A stretch of 64,000 bases of DNA from Verrucomicrobiota bacterium (GCA_047947115.1 CP170459.1:896001-960000); one strand, 5' to 3'. Shown: positions 29,276 through 39,838, counted from the first letter of the stretch. Notes: a model not told the origin generated them from the sequence alone. Program-made: numbers and translations.

Positions 29276-29866
29276 ATGACCGTTGCGAACCAAATTACCA
29301 TCCTTCGCATCCTGATCGTCCCGGTCTTTATTGTGGCCGTGCTGTACTATGTCCATGGCGGCAATGAATGGATGCGTTATGCGGCTCTCGGACTATTCGG
29401 CCTGGCATCTCTGAGCGACGCCATCGATGGCTTCATTGCCAGAAAATACAATCAGATCAGTGAACTGGGAACCGTTCTGGATCCCCTGGCAGACAAATTG
29501 CTGCTTATTTCGGGCTACATTGTGTTGAGCCTGGATAACGATCCTTACCTCCCGAGCATTCCAATTTGGTTGACCGCCCTGATTTTCAGCCGGGACGTGT
29601 TGTTGGTGCTGGGACTGATCCTCCTTCACTACACATTCGGAAAAATCCAGGTTCAACCCCGACTGATTGGCAAACTGGCAACCGCGCTCCAAATGCTCAT
29701 CATTCTGCTCGTCCTGGCAAAATTGCCGCCACACATGATCATTTATCTGTTCTATGGAGCAGGATTTTGCACGGGTGTGTCGGGAATCCTCTATGTCTGG
29801 GATGGCATCCGCCAACTCGGCACCCATCCTTCCAGCTCTCCCATCCAACCAAAGGATAAGGAGTAG
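29276..29866 (+). CDS. CDP-alcohol phosphatidyltransferase (PgsA-like)
   Basis: ANQITILRI; DAIDGFIARKYNQISELGTVLDPLADK. Confidence 0.92.
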   Translation: MTVANQITILRILIVPVFIVAVLYYVHGGNEWMRYAALGLFGLASLSDAIDGFIARKYNQISELGTVLDPLADKLLLISGYIVLSLDNDPYLPSIPIWLTALIFSRDVLLVLGLILLHYTFGKIQVQPRLIGKLATALQMLIILLVLAKLPPHMIIYLFYGAGFCTGVSGILYVWDGIRQLGTHPSSSPIQPKDKE

Positions 29867-30724
29867 TCAAAGAGTTTGACAGGTGGGGCAGTAGTAAGTT
29901 CCCCGTTGGGAGATCATCATGCGCAGGATCGGTGTGTCGCATGCCGGGCATGGTTGGCCTTCGCGACCATAAACCCTGAAACGTTCCTTCACCTCACGAT
30001 CGGCCTGCCCTGAACGGCCGAAATAAAAAAAACCATCTCCACGCCCGGTGCCTTCAAAATCAAGATCTGAAGAGGTTCCAAGCCGAACCGCTTCCGTCAA
30101 CGTCTTGCGAATGGCCTGACACAGAACGACCAAACCGGGTTTGGGTATGGTCCCGGCCGGCCGCATTGGATGCAAACGAGAAAGAAAAAGGACTTCGTTG
30201 ACATAGATATTGCCCAAACCAGCCACCCGTTCCTGATGCATCAACAGGTCCTTTATTTTAACCGATCGATCACGGCAAATCTGCTGCAGATACTCGGGGT
30301 GAAAGGTGTCTGGGTCCAATGGTTCCGGCCCCATGCGTTCAAGGGACGAAACATCAAAAGTCCAGCGACCAAACCCTCGCACATCCACATAGCACAACAC
30401 CCTGTCATCGCCTTCGAGCGCCACCGCCAGATGAGGGATGTCCTGAAAGGCATCCGACCTATCCCTGAAAAACAGACGTCCACTCATGCCCAGATGGATG
30501 ATCAATGGTTTGAAAGGTGAGCCACCGTTCAGGTGCACCATGAGAAATTTCCCACGCCGATCGATATGGTGAATGGTTTGGCCCCCAAGCAGGCGTTTGA
30601 AAGCCGTGACGGATTCGGGTCGAACGATACGCGGCTTGTTGACGAGGATTTTTTGAACACGGAATCCCCTGGCGACACCGTCCAGGTGCTGACGCAAGGT
30701 TTCAACTTCAGGTAATTCCGGCAT
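29867..30724 (-). CDS. mutM: Formamidopyrimidine-DNA glycosylase
   Basis: MPELPEVET, RRGKFL, HLGMSG, GLGNIY, CPAC...CPTCQ zinc finger. Confidence 0.95.
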   Translation of the reverse strand: MPELPEVETLRQHLDGVARGFRVQKILVNKPRIVRPESVTAFKRLLGGQTIHHIDRRGKFLMVHLNGGSPFKPLIIHLGMSGRLFFRDRSDAFQDIPHLAVALEGDDRVLCYVDVRGFGRWTFDVSSLERMGPEPLDPDTFHPEYLQQICRDRSVKIKDLLMHQERVAGLGNIYVNEVLFLSRLHPMRPAGTIPKPGLVVLCQAIRKTLTEAVRLGTSSDLDFEGTGRGDGFFYFGRSGQADREVKERFRVYGREGQPCPACDTPILRMMISQRGTYYCPTCQTL

Positions 30725-30729
30725 GACTC

Positions 30730-31167
30730 TCAACCTTGATAACGCAACGGTTCCGTCATCGGAAACGCATTGGGAAGATGCCGTACTTCGTCCACATGCT
30801 CCTCATCATCCAACAACACTTCCACGATGTCGAACTGTACCTTGCATCGGGGAAAGTGCAGTTTTTTCAAATAATCCAGAGCCGTTTTGCAGATGTTCTT
30901 TCGTTTGTCAGCATCCACCGCGGCAGCCGGTCTTGACCAGGATTCACCCGTTCGCGTTTTAACTTCCACAAACACCATGCAGTCCCGATCACGAAAGATC
31001 AGATCGATCTCACCGCGTTTGGAAGCGAAATTCCGCGCAAGCAATTTGTAGCCCCGACGGCGTAGAAATCGTTCGGCGGCTTGTTCTCCCAACGAACCTT
31101 TCCGAAGATGATCCGGAGTGTCATCCGGTCGAAAAAGTCCCTGCAGAAGCTGAATCAGTCGTCCCAT
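30730..31167 (-). CDS. YraN (UPF0102) family endonuclease-like protein
   Basis: GEQAAERFL, GEIDLI, VFVEVKTR. Confidence 0.92.
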   Translation of the reverse strand: MGRLIQLLQGLFRPDDTPDHLRKGSLGEQAAERFLRRRGYKLLARNFASKRGEIDLIFRDRDCMVFVEVKTRTGESWSRPAAAVDADKRKNICKTALDYLKKLHFPRCKVQFDIVEVLLDDEEHVDEVRHLPNAFPMTEPLRYQG

Positions 31168-31838
31168 TGAAACAAGGTTTGTTGCTGTATTTTGCCAAGG
31201 AAACTGCGACGATGCAACACGCAGGGACCGTGTTCCACGATGGCAGCACGATGCTGCGGAGTGCCATAACCTTTATGCTGTGAAAAACCGTATTCAGGGA
31301 ATTGGGCATCCCATTCCAACATCAATCGATCCCGATGTACTTTCGCCAGAATGCTGGCCGCCGCGATGGAAAAACTCTTGGCATCACCCTTCACAATAGG
31401 AGTATGTGGAATGGGCAAACCCCGAACCGCCAGTCCGTCCACCAAGGCATGGTCGGCCCGAAATCCTTTCATCTCCTCAACCGCCAGAGCCATGGCTCGG
31501 TGCGTGGCTTTCAAGATGTTGATGGCATCGATTTCCTCCGCCTCGACTTGTGCCAAACCAAAATGAATGTCCGGATGCTGACAAATAACATCAAACAGCA
31601 AGGCACGCTTTGCGGGTGAAAGCTTTTTGGAATCATTGATACCGCTCAGGGTCTCGGGTAATCTGGATCCATACCATGAAGGAGGCAAAGCAACCGCAGC
31701 AGCCACCACCGGTCCGGCCAAAGGCCCCCTTCCCGCTTCATCAATGCCAACCAGAGCTCTCGCACCTTCGTCATGCAGTTTGTTTTCCCAATCAAACCGC
31801 CCGACCATCGCTTCAGTGATAGGTGAACCACTTGTCAT
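31155..31838 (-). CDS. rnhB: Ribonuclease HII
   Basis: GIDEAGRGPLAGPV, DSKKL, INILKAT, KGDAKS.SIAAASILAKV.RD. Confidence 0.96.
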   Translation of the reverse strand: MTSGSPITEAMVGRFDWENKLHDEGARALVGIDEAGRGPLAGPVVAAAVALPPSWYGSRLPETLSGINDSKKLSPAKRALLFDVICQHPDIHFGLAQVEAEEIDAINILKATHRAMALAVEEMKGFRADHALVDGLAVRGLPIPHTPIVKGDAKSFSIAAASILAKVHRDRLMLEWDAQFPEYGFSQHKGYGTPQHRAAIVEHGPCVLHRRSFLGKIQQQTLFQWDD

Positions 31839-34800
31839 GGTTGGGCAAGGTATTCGATCAAATCCCGCAACTCACGCTTGGTCAGCATTTCGATCAATCC
31901 TTCCGGCATGGGCGACAACGTCGATCGACGGCTTTCGATTTCGGATTTGGAAAGAGTATGAACCGTGCCATCCGCAGACTGCAACACGAGTTCTGATTCA
32001 CTCTCTGATTTCAAGACACCGCTGACACTTTCACCATCCTTGAGATCGACCATCACGGAATCGTATCCCTCGGCGATGCGCCGATTTGGATCGACCATGG
32101 ATTCCAGCAAATGTTCCCGGGTCAATTTTTTCGAAGCATCCTTCAGCTTGGGCCCAACATTGCCGCCGTTGTCACCGACGGCATGGCAGCGCATGCAACC
32201 CAACTCCTGACGTTCTTCAAAAATGGTCTTTCCCAGTCTCGCGTTTCCGCCATGCAGGGTGGACCGATAAGCGGCCAGCAAATCGTCGTTGGGAAGTGAT
32301 CCTTCATACTCTTTCAGTCGGGTTGACAGGGATGACTGCCTGGCCGCCACTGCAGCTTCCATGACATCAAGTTTCAGGTGCTCGTGCAAGGAGCCATCAA
32401 CCAGGCGGTCCATCAATGTGTTCAATATATTGAGAGCCTGGGGAGTCTTCAATTTGGAGAGACCTTCAATCGCCGCCTGTCGAACGGGAGTGGATGGATG
32501 TTCCAGATCGATTTCCAGAAGTTGCACCGCTTCTTCGGGTTTCAAGAGGGATTGATGCCTGACGGCAGCGGCATGAACAGCATCCGATTGACTGCCGCGT
32601 GCAACTCTCAATGCCTCGCCCAGGAGGGGACTTTCCAACTTCACCAACGCTTCAACAGCATCCACCTTGACCGGATCCGACACGGCTTGCTCGCTCAGCA
32701 GTTGAATCAAATAAGTGTCCTCACCCTGAATCTGCAGAGCCACCATGGCTTCGATGCATGCCTGCTTGACTGAATCGGGCGCCTGTTTGATGAGTTTGCT
32801 CAAGGCAAGTCGAAAGGGCACAGCGGCCGAACGCGGATCGCGTTGCGGCAAAGGTCGCCAAAGCCCGGTAACCAGATCGCGTTGGGGTGGATTGGCCCAC
32901 TTGGCAAGATGCGACAATGCCGCGGTTCGAAGGGACTCCTTGGCGGCTTTATCCTGTGCCAGCGAAATCAGGAAAGCGGCGTTCTCGGTTTTTCCCAGCC
33001 GGTATTGCGCATTGATCGCCCGCTTGATGGCAGCGTCTGGCAAATTTGAGCGCTGGATCAATTGAGCCAGTTGTTGTTGGGCCGCGTTGATGGGCACGTC
33101 ATTGATGGCTCGGGCCACCTCCGCCACTACGTCAATGTTCGCATCCTTGAGGAAAACGGAAATTTCCGGACGTTCAAGACGACGCAAAGCCAACACTGCT
33201 CCCATGCGAACCGGGACTTCTGGATGACCAGCCGCTTCTACAAGTCCGGCCAGATCGTTGATATGATAGAGTGCCATGACACAGGCATGGCGAATATAGA
33301 GATCCTGATCTTTGTTGTCTGACAAAACTTTGAAAATCGGTTCGCACTGACGCAGGTTGACCAGAGTTTTGGTTTCTTCACTATGTTGCACCTCCTGAAA
33401 ACCAGCCTGGAGCGTTTTCCATAACCACTTGATCCCAAAAAAACGAACACGCGCATTTCCGTGCTGCATCAAACGAAGATAATCCGCATAATATCCCACC
33501 ACACCTCGATCCCCCAGCACATTGGCCGCCTGAGCAACGATTTCGCTGTCGGAATCCTGGAGCAAGTTCACCAGCAACTTGGCGGTTTCCCTATCTTTGG
33601 CAACCAACTGGCCCAATCCCCAGATAGCATGAAGACGACCCAGCGGATTTTTTCCTTCGGAAGCCACACGGGTCAACTCGTCCATGGCGCTGACGTTAAA
33701 CGCGCCGCTCAAGACTTTGACGACCGAAGAGGCAGGTGGTTCGTAACGCCGCACCAACTCAAACTGAGCTTCCTGCCGTACGCGCATGTCCTGGTGCGAT
33801 AGCAACGGCCCCAGCTCCTTGATGGACTTTTCCTTGAGCCCGCCTCCGATCAGCGCATTGACTTCATTGAGGATCGCAGTGTTGGTTCCCTTGGCCTGCA
33901 CTCGGAAAATACGACCCTTGCCGGTCTTCTCCCAACCCTGGATCCAATCTGCCACATAGACACCCGGCCTGGGCCCAAAGGTGATGTCCACCGGTGAAAG
34001 GCCCCAGAGAAGTTTGCCGTCCATGAAATCCCTGGAATTACTCTCCAGATACTCCTCACCATGGAGTGTTTGGAATCCTGCGCCATCGGGCGCCACCGTG
34101 AAATATCGAATCCCACCGGGAAAATCAGATAGAAAAAAATGGTTCCTGAACCGATCCGGCAAGCCGGTCCCCGGATAGTAGGCAAACCCCGCCGGACCAT
34201 GCCCCACGTAGGCGATGGGCGGTATCAGGTGATTCCCCTCGTTGGTCTCGCGCGTTTCCCACAAGCGTTCGGATTTCCAAGGCCCCATGCCGGGCAACCA
34301 CTGCCATCCGATTCGCCAACCACTGTCCGCTCCCTCGACCAGATATACCAGCCTGGCTTTGTCTCCCCCGTCACCATTGTTGTCGACCGTCCACAAATTT
34401 CCATGAACATCGAACGCTAGTTCCTGAGGATTACGCAACCCCATGGCGAATAACTCCAGCTCCGACCCGTCGGGTCTGCATCGATATACAGCGCCCGTAT
34501 GAGGCACGTCCACCAACGTGGCCCCGTCCTTCTCGACATGTGCTCCCCGGTCGGCTATGGAAAAATACAACCGCCCATCAGGCCCCATGATCAACCCATG
34601 CATGTCATGTCCACCAAAGGCTATATGCACCCCGAATCCATGATGCAACTGACTGCGCTGATCGGCATGGCCATCACGATTGGTATCCCGAAGCAACCAA
34701 AGATCCGGAATACAAGTAAACCAAACACGGTCTCCCCGGGCCAACACACCTGCCGCCACACCAGAGACCAGTGAGTTAAATCCATCGGCAAAGACCTTGG

Positions 34801-35350
34801 AAGACTCGGCTACACCGTCTCCATCAGCATCCTCCAGCAGAACAATCCGCTCTGATTCCTCTTCCAGATCTTTCCAGTCAAACACACCGTCCTTGTTGCG
34901 ATCGATGATATACGACTTGGGAATGGAGGGATTTCCTGCCGATAAGTTCTTTTTCAAAAAGTCCGAACGATCCTTCACCGTCTGAAAGGAAAAATCAGCG
35001 TCCAACCAGTCCGGAAACCGCCGAATATCATAAACCGAAGTGCGACGCCGATGCGACTCCACCACGTAGCAACGTCCGAATTCATCGAAATCCAGGCTGA
35101 CAGGATTGGCCAGCAAAGGTTCCGAAGCATAAATCTCCAATTCAAACCCCTCCGCCACACTAAGATTGGCGGCAGCTTCGACTGCTTCAGGACTAGGACC
35201 GCTGGCTATCACAGGAGCCGGCAATTCGGTTTGGCCCCAAACTGGAAGGACCATGAGGAATGTTCCCAAAAACAAAAATCGGGATCCCCATCGCGGAATA
35301 TTGGTAAACATGGATGGCATGAAATCTGAACGTTTCATGACTACTACCAC
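31835..35350 (-). CDS. PVC-type putative membrane-bound dehydrogenase: beta-propeller + HEAT repeats + C-terminal heme-binding CxxCH
   Basis: GLRNPQELAFD, HEAT-like helices, CMRCH...GPKL...S.MP. Start uncertain. Confidence 0.88.
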   Translation of the reverse strand: MVVVMKRSDFMPSMFTNIPRWGSRFLFLGTFLMVLPVWGQTELPAPVIASGPSPEAVEAAANLSVAEGFELEIYASEPLLANPVSLDFDEFGRCYVVESHRRRTSVYDIRRFPDWLDADFSFQTVKDRSDFLKKNLSAGNPSIPKSYIIDRNKDGVFDWKDLEEESERIVLLEDADGDGVAESSKVFADGFNSLVSGVAAGVLARGDRVWFTCIPDLWLLRDTNRDGHADQRSQLHHGFGVHIAFGGHDMHGLIMGPDGRLYFSIADRGAHVEKDGATLVDVPHTGAVYRCRPDGSELELFAMGLRNPQELAFDVHGNLWTVDNNGDGGDKARLVYLVEGADSGWRIGWQWLPGMGPWKSERLWETRETNEGNHLIPPIAYVGHGPAGFAYYPGTGLPDRFRNHFFLSDFPGGIRYFTVAPDGAGFQTLHGEEYLESNSRDFMDGKLLWGLSPVDITFGPRPGVYVADWIQGWEKTGKGRIFRVQAKGTNTAILNEVNALIGGGLKEKSIKELGPLLSHQDMRVRQEAQFELVRRYEPPASSVVKVLSGAFNVSAMDELTRVASEGKNPLGRLHAIWGLGQLVAKDRETAKLLVNLLQDSDSEIVAQAANVLGDRGVVGYYADYLRLMQHGNARVRFFGIKWLWKTLQAGFQEVQHSEETKTLVNLRQCEPIFKVLSDNKDQDLYIRHACVMALYHINDLAGLVEAAGHPEVPVRMGAVLALRRLERPEISVFLKDANIDVVAEVARAINDVPINAAQQQLAQLIQRSNLPDAAIKRAINAQYRLGKTENAAFLISLAQDKAAKESLRTAALSHLAKWANPPQRDLVTGLWRPLPQRDPRSAAVPFRLALSKLIKQAPDSVKQACIEAMVALQIQGEDTYLIQLLSEQAVSDPVKVDAVEALVKLESPLLGEALRVARGSQSDAVHAAAVRHQSLLKPEEAVQLLEIDLEHPSTPVRQAAIEGLSKLKTPQALNILNTLMDRLVDGSLHEHLKLDVMEAAVAARQSSLSTRLKEYEGSLPNDDLLAAYRSTLHGGNARLGKTIFEERQELGCMRCHAVGDNGGNVGPKLKDASKKLTREHLLESMVDPNRRIAEGYDSVMVDLKDGESVSGVLKSESESELVLQSADGTVHTLSKSEIESRRSTLSPMPEGLIEMLTKRELRDLIEYLAQP

Positions 35351-35694
35351 CCCCTCGGTACCATTTCAAGAAAGGGGACCTTTTCTATCTGCCAAAAATA
35401 CCATCTTACCCCCAGTCCCCCCGAAGATGAAAAGGCAAAAGCCGACCATCAAGGCATGGTTGAGGACGGACGCGCCCCTTAATCTCCAGCAAGCGTCTCC
35501 GCCACCTGCTGACCAAACTCGAGCTGGAAGTTCCTTTCACGATTCGCCTGGGCTTCAAGTTTCTCTCTCGAAGGCAAGGGTTCCGTTGCGTTGAGTTCAT
35601 CCGAAGCAAAGGTTGACCTGGTAAACATTTCATATGGCTGATGTGAGATTGATTCCTTGCTTCAATGTGGGGCGTTTCTTACTATCATGGCGTT

Positions 35695-36996
35695 ATGCAA
35701 CCCATTCAGCTACTCCAGAGAGGAGTCTTGGCAGGATGCCTGCTGTGTTCAACAGTGGCGGTTTTGAAGGCACAGCCTTTGGTGATCAACTACGATGAAG
35801 CCAAAGTGCCCCGCTTCACTTTACCAGATCCTTTGACCACGCAGGACGGAATCCAGGTCACCACCCCTTCCGCGTGGAAGGGCATCCGACGCCCGGAAAT
35901 CCTGTCCTTGCTGACAAGGGAGATGTTTGGAGAGGCGCCTGGTAGCCCGGAGAGCATGCAGTTCAAGGTGGAATCCGAGTCGGTCGACGCATTGGACGGA
36001 TTAGCCCGCCGCAAGGAGGTCACGGTCCATCTGGAAGGAACAGCGGATACCGCAGGAGTGGATATAGACGTCCTGATCTACCTGCCGGCCAAAGCAGAAA
36101 AGCCCTCGCCGGTATTTCTCGGACTTAATTTTGCCGGGAACCACTCCATCCAAAACGATCCGGACATCACTCTTTCCAAATCATGGATGCGCAGTAATCC
36201 TCAAAATGGCATCGTGGATCACCAAGCCACCGAGGCATCCAGGGGAAGCGGTTCCAGTCGTTGGCCGGTGGAAACAATCCTCAAACGCGGCTACGGGGTG
36301 GTAACCGCCTACTATGGAGACATTGATCCGGATTTTGACGACGGCTGGCAAAACGGGGTGCACCCCTTGTTTTATCGGGACTCCCAAAAGACACCAGAAT
36401 CACATCAATGGGGATCCATTGCAGCCTGGGCATGGGGATTGAGCCGCATCATGGACTACCTCCAGACGGATCATGATATCGCCGGCAATAAGGTATCGGT
36501 GCTGGGACACTCTAGGTTGGGAAAGACTTCCTTGTGGGCAGGAGCTACAGACGAACGATTTGCACTGGTCATCTCCAACAACTCGGGATGTGGAGGAGCA
36601 GCACTTAGCAAACGTGCTTATGGAGAAACAATTCGGCGCATCAATTCCTCATTTCCACACTGGTTCTGCGACAATTTTACCTATTACAACGACCGTGAAC
36701 ACCTCCTGCCATTCGATCAACACTATTTGATCGCCCTGCTGGCCCCCCGCCCAGTGTATATCGCAAGTGCCCAGGAAGATCGGTGGGCGGACCCGAAAGG
36801 CGAATTCTTGTCTGGTGTTTATGCCGACCCGGTTTATCGCCTACTTGGCAAAAAGGGTATTTCTGCGCGGGAGATGCCGGAGATCAATGAATCCGTGGGA
36901 GACACCATCCGCTACCATATTAGAACAGGCAAGCACGATGTCACGGACTTTGACTGGGAGCAATATATGAACTTTGCCGACCAGCATCTGAAGTGA
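35695..36996 (+). CDS. CE15 glucuronoyl-esterase-like protein
   Basis: AWAWGLSRIMDYL, catalytic GHSRLGK, SGCGG, LLAPRP, DRWADPKGE, GKHDV. Confidence 0.88.
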   Translation: MQPIQLLQRGVLAGCLLCSTVAVLKAQPLVINYDEAKVPRFTLPDPLTTQDGIQVTTPSAWKGIRRPEILSLLTREMFGEAPGSPESMQFKVESESVDALDGLARRKEVTVHLEGTADTAGVDIDVLIYLPAKAEKPSPVFLGLNFAGNHSIQNDPDITLSKSWMRSNPQNGIVDHQATEASRGSGSSRWPVETILKRGYGVVTAYYGDIDPDFDDGWQNGVHPLFYRDSQKTPESHQWGSIAAWAWGLSRIMDYLQTDHDIAGNKVSVLGHSRLGKTSLWAGATDERFALVISNNSGCGGAALSKRAYGETIRRINSSFPHWFCDNFTYYNDREHLLPFDQHYLIALLAPRPVYIASAQEDRWADPKGEFLSGVYADPVYRLLGKKGISAREMPEINESVGDTIRYHIRTGKHDVTDFDWEQYMNFADQHLK

Positions 36997-37225
36997 ACCA
37001 TCAAAACCCGTACCCGTTGACTCCACTTGCAGGCTTTAAATTGGCAATCAAAGCTTGAACTAACCCGGAGGATGCACTAACGTCTGAGGCGCAGTAAAGA
37101 ACTCCACTTACAACATTCCGGGAAAATAGCCGGATAAGTGGAATATGATTGACATTAACCAAAAGATTTGCAAGCTGGTGTGAAATCGATAAGTTAGAGT
37201 TCACATCGATATTGTAGGAGCATTT

Positions 37226-37939
37226 ATGATGAATAAGACTGGTATCCAATCGAAACTCCTTCTGACAGCGGTTGCGCTGCTCACACTGGGTTTTTACACG
37301 TCCGCCTACGGGGAAACAGGTAGTGCCACCATCACCGGTGTTAAAGGTGGGGGATCATTTGATAATGGCAGCGGCAGTCAGGCCATTGTGAAAGGCGCAA
37401 AGATTGCACCTGGCGCAACCATTTCCACAACACCTGATTCCGCCATTACCATGGATCTTGGAGCCGCAGGTTCCATCGAAGTCCAGGGCGGCACGACCTT
37501 GGTGATCGAACGCTTGAACTCAGAACGCAGCGGGGGCGGAACTATTATTGATGTCCAGTTGGACTTGAGAACCGGTTCGTTGACTGGTGCGGTGAGCAAA
37601 TTCTCCTCACCTTTGTCCAAATACGAAATCAAGGTTCCTACCGGTGTAGTGGGCATCGATGCAACCGAAGGCCCTGCAAGCTTTTTCATCAGTGCTCCGG
37701 ATGACATCAACATCATCTCCGGTTCCAGTGTGTTTGTTTATACACGCGATGGAGTTGTTCGCAGTGTGCGTGTCGGAGGCAACCAAATGTTTAACAGCAA
37801 CACAGGTACTGCCGTGGTCATTCCACCAGCCAAGTTGGGTACTCTGCCAAATCCACCAACACCTCCAGTGCCACCCCAAGTGGTGCAGGCAGCGCCCACG
37901 CCGTTCAACTTCTTCATCTCACCTGCCAAAGGTGAATAA
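37226..37939 (+). CDS. Exported FecR-like beta-rich protein
   Basis: Signal peptide; LDLRTGSL...YEIKVPTGVVGI FecR-like strands; Pro-rich tail. Confidence 0.65.
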   Translation: MMNKTGIQSKLLLTAVALLTLGFYTSAYGETGSATITGVKGGGSFDNGSGSQAIVKGAKIAPGATISTTPDSAITMDLGAAGSIEVQGGTTLVIERLNSERSGGGTIIDVQLDLRTGSLTGAVSKFSSPLSKYEIKVPTGVVGIDATEGPASFFISAPDDINIISGSSVFVYTRDGVVRSVRVGGNQMFNSNTGTAVVIPPAKLGTLPNPPTPPVPPQVVQAAPTPFNFFISPAKGE

Positions 37940-37966
37940 TAAGATTTTATAAATATCAATTTCGCG

Positions 37967-37998
37967 AGCCCTTTGGTCCAACCAAAGGGCTTTTTTTT
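37967..37998 (+). terminator. Rho-independent terminator
   Basis: agccctttggt-cca-accaaagggct followed by a T-run. Confidence 0.85.
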
Positions 37999-38034
37999 GC
38001 CTCGAAACCCTCGTTAAGATCCATTACTTGAGAA

Positions 38035-38640
38035 ATGATCATCGATTTCACCCAACTAAGCTCGAGTGAGATTTATCACACCATGACCCAAACGATAATC
38101 CCAAGACCCATTGCCTGGGTGATCAGTGATCATGGAAACGGTCAATTAAACCTGGCGCCGTTCTCATATTTCAGCGCCGTCTCCAGCAATCCGCCTATAC
38201 TATCCCTTTCCGTTGGGTTAAAGCGGGATGGAAGCAAGAAGGACACCTGGCGAAATATCGAGGAACGATCACATTTTGTTGTGCAGATTCCCAAAGTTGA
38301 AGATGTGGACTCCGTATTGCGATCTGCAGAACCCCTCGAACATGGTGAGTCGGAAATCGAACTATGCCACCTGGAACTGGCTGATTTTGAAGGGTCTCCC
38401 CTGCCACGACTCAAAAGAGCTCCCATTGCCTTTTGTTGCGAAAAACACTCAATCATTCCAATAGGCAACGGACCTCAGGGATTGGTCCTGGGTGAAATAC
38501 GCAGTATTTATCTGGACGATCAAGTGGCCATACTTACTCCGGATTCCCCCATTCCCCAAGTTTCAGCCGAGGCCATCAACCCTTTGGCCCGACTCGGCAG
38601 CACAGGAGGTTTTGCCAAAATCGAAACCATCAAAAGGTAG
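38035..38640 (+). CDS. Flavin reductase-like (FMN-binding split barrel) protein
   Basis: IIPRPIAWV, NLAPFSYF, KKDTWRNI, PLARLG. Confidence 0.9.
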   Translation: MIIDFTQLSSSEIYHTMTQTIIPRPIAWVISDHGNGQLNLAPFSYFSAVSSNPPILSLSVGLKRDGSKKDTWRNIEERSHFVVQIPKVEDVDSVLRSAEPLEHGESEIELCHLELADFEGSPLPRLKRAPIAFCCEKHSIIPIGNGPQGLVLGEIRSIYLDDQVAILTPDSPIPQVSAEAINPLARLGSTGGFAKIETIKR

Positions 38641-38782
38641 AACGTGGCGTCCCGCGCACCCCTTGTGGTACCCTTGAGCATCCATTGGTGCCCAATTGGG
38701 GAAGCCTGCGATATCCGATCACCCCACACCCGCATCGCTTTCGCTCGCGGGCGGACCGAGAGGGTCCAATCTATCAGATCAT

Positions 38783-39838
38783 TCAACCCCGCCGCTTTTG
38801 GACAGCTTTCGCCAAGGTTTCCAAAACAGGTTCGGTCTGCTCCCATGACATGCACGCATCGGTGATACTCTTTCCATAGACTGCCGAACCATCTGGTTTA
38901 TAAGACTGACTTCCTTCCACAAGATGGCTTTCCAGCATCACGCCGGACACAGCTTCTGAGCCCCCGGCAATCTGGTCCGCCACACTTTGAGCGGCCAAGG
39001 GTTGTTTTTTATGGTCCTTGGAAGAGTTGCCATGACTGCAATCAACCATCACGCTGGGGTGCAATTGACTCTTTGTGAGTGCTTCACACACAGCCCCAAC
39101 GCTATTCGCATCGAAATTGGGCCCAAGTTTGGATCCACGCAAAATCAGATGACAAGAATCGTTACCTTTGGTCTGAACAATGGCGGCAACACCTTCCTTG
39201 GTGACGGACAGGAAATGGTGCGGTTGGCGAGAGGCGCTGACGGCATCAATAGCAATTTGCACATTGCCATCAGTGCCATTCTTAAAACCTACCGGCATGG
39301 ACAATCCGGATGCCAACTCACGATGCACCTGACTTTCAGTCGTGCGAGCCCCAATCGCACCCCAGGAGATCAGGTCCGCAATGAATTGTGGCACAATGGT
39401 ATCAAGAAACTCAGTGGCAGAGGGAAGCCCCATCTCCGCCAATTCCTGAAGCAGTTTCCTGGCCTGGCGAAGTCCCTTGTTGATTCGAAAACTGTTGTCA
39501 ATGTCCGGATCATTGATCAACCCCTTCCACCCAACCGTGGTGCGGGGTTTTTCGAAATACACACGCATGAAGATGCTCAGGTCCTGCTTGTATCGCTCTC
39601 TGGCTTCAGCGAGTTTGTGCGCATATTCAATGGCGGCACCGGTATCGTGGATGGAACAGGGTCCGGCAATCACCAGTAAGCGATCGCTCTTGCCTCGAAT
39701 AATCTGTTCGGCCTCCCAACGTGCCTCGGAAACGGTCGTGGCGGCCTTTTCCGTCATAGGGATTTCTTCCAGTAAAATCGCAGGCGACAGCAACGGGTGC
39801 AGCGATTGAATCCTTAAATCATCAGTATCCTTTATCAT
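38783..39838 (-). CDS. DAHP synthase, class I (AroG/F/H type)
   Basis: GPCSIHD, RVYFEKPRTTVGWKGLINDP, IGARTTESQVHRE, DCSHGNS, SITDAC. Confidence 0.96.
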   Translation of the reverse strand: MIKDTDDLRIQSLHPLLSPAILLEEIPMTEKAATTVSEARWEAEQIIRGKSDRLLVIAGPCSIHDTGAAIEYAHKLAEARERYKQDLSIFMRVYFEKPRTTVGWKGLINDPDIDNSFRINKGLRQARKLLQELAEMGLPSATEFLDTIVPQFIADLISWGAIGARTTESQVHRELASGLSMPVGFKNGTDGNVQIAIDAVSASRQPHHFLSVTKEGVAAIVQTKGNDSCHLILRGSKLGPNFDANSVGAVCEALTKSQLHPSVMVDCSHGNSSKDHKKQPLAAQSVADQIAGGSEAVSGVMLESHLVEGSQSYKPDGSAVYGKSITDACMSWEQTEPVLETLAKAVQKRRG

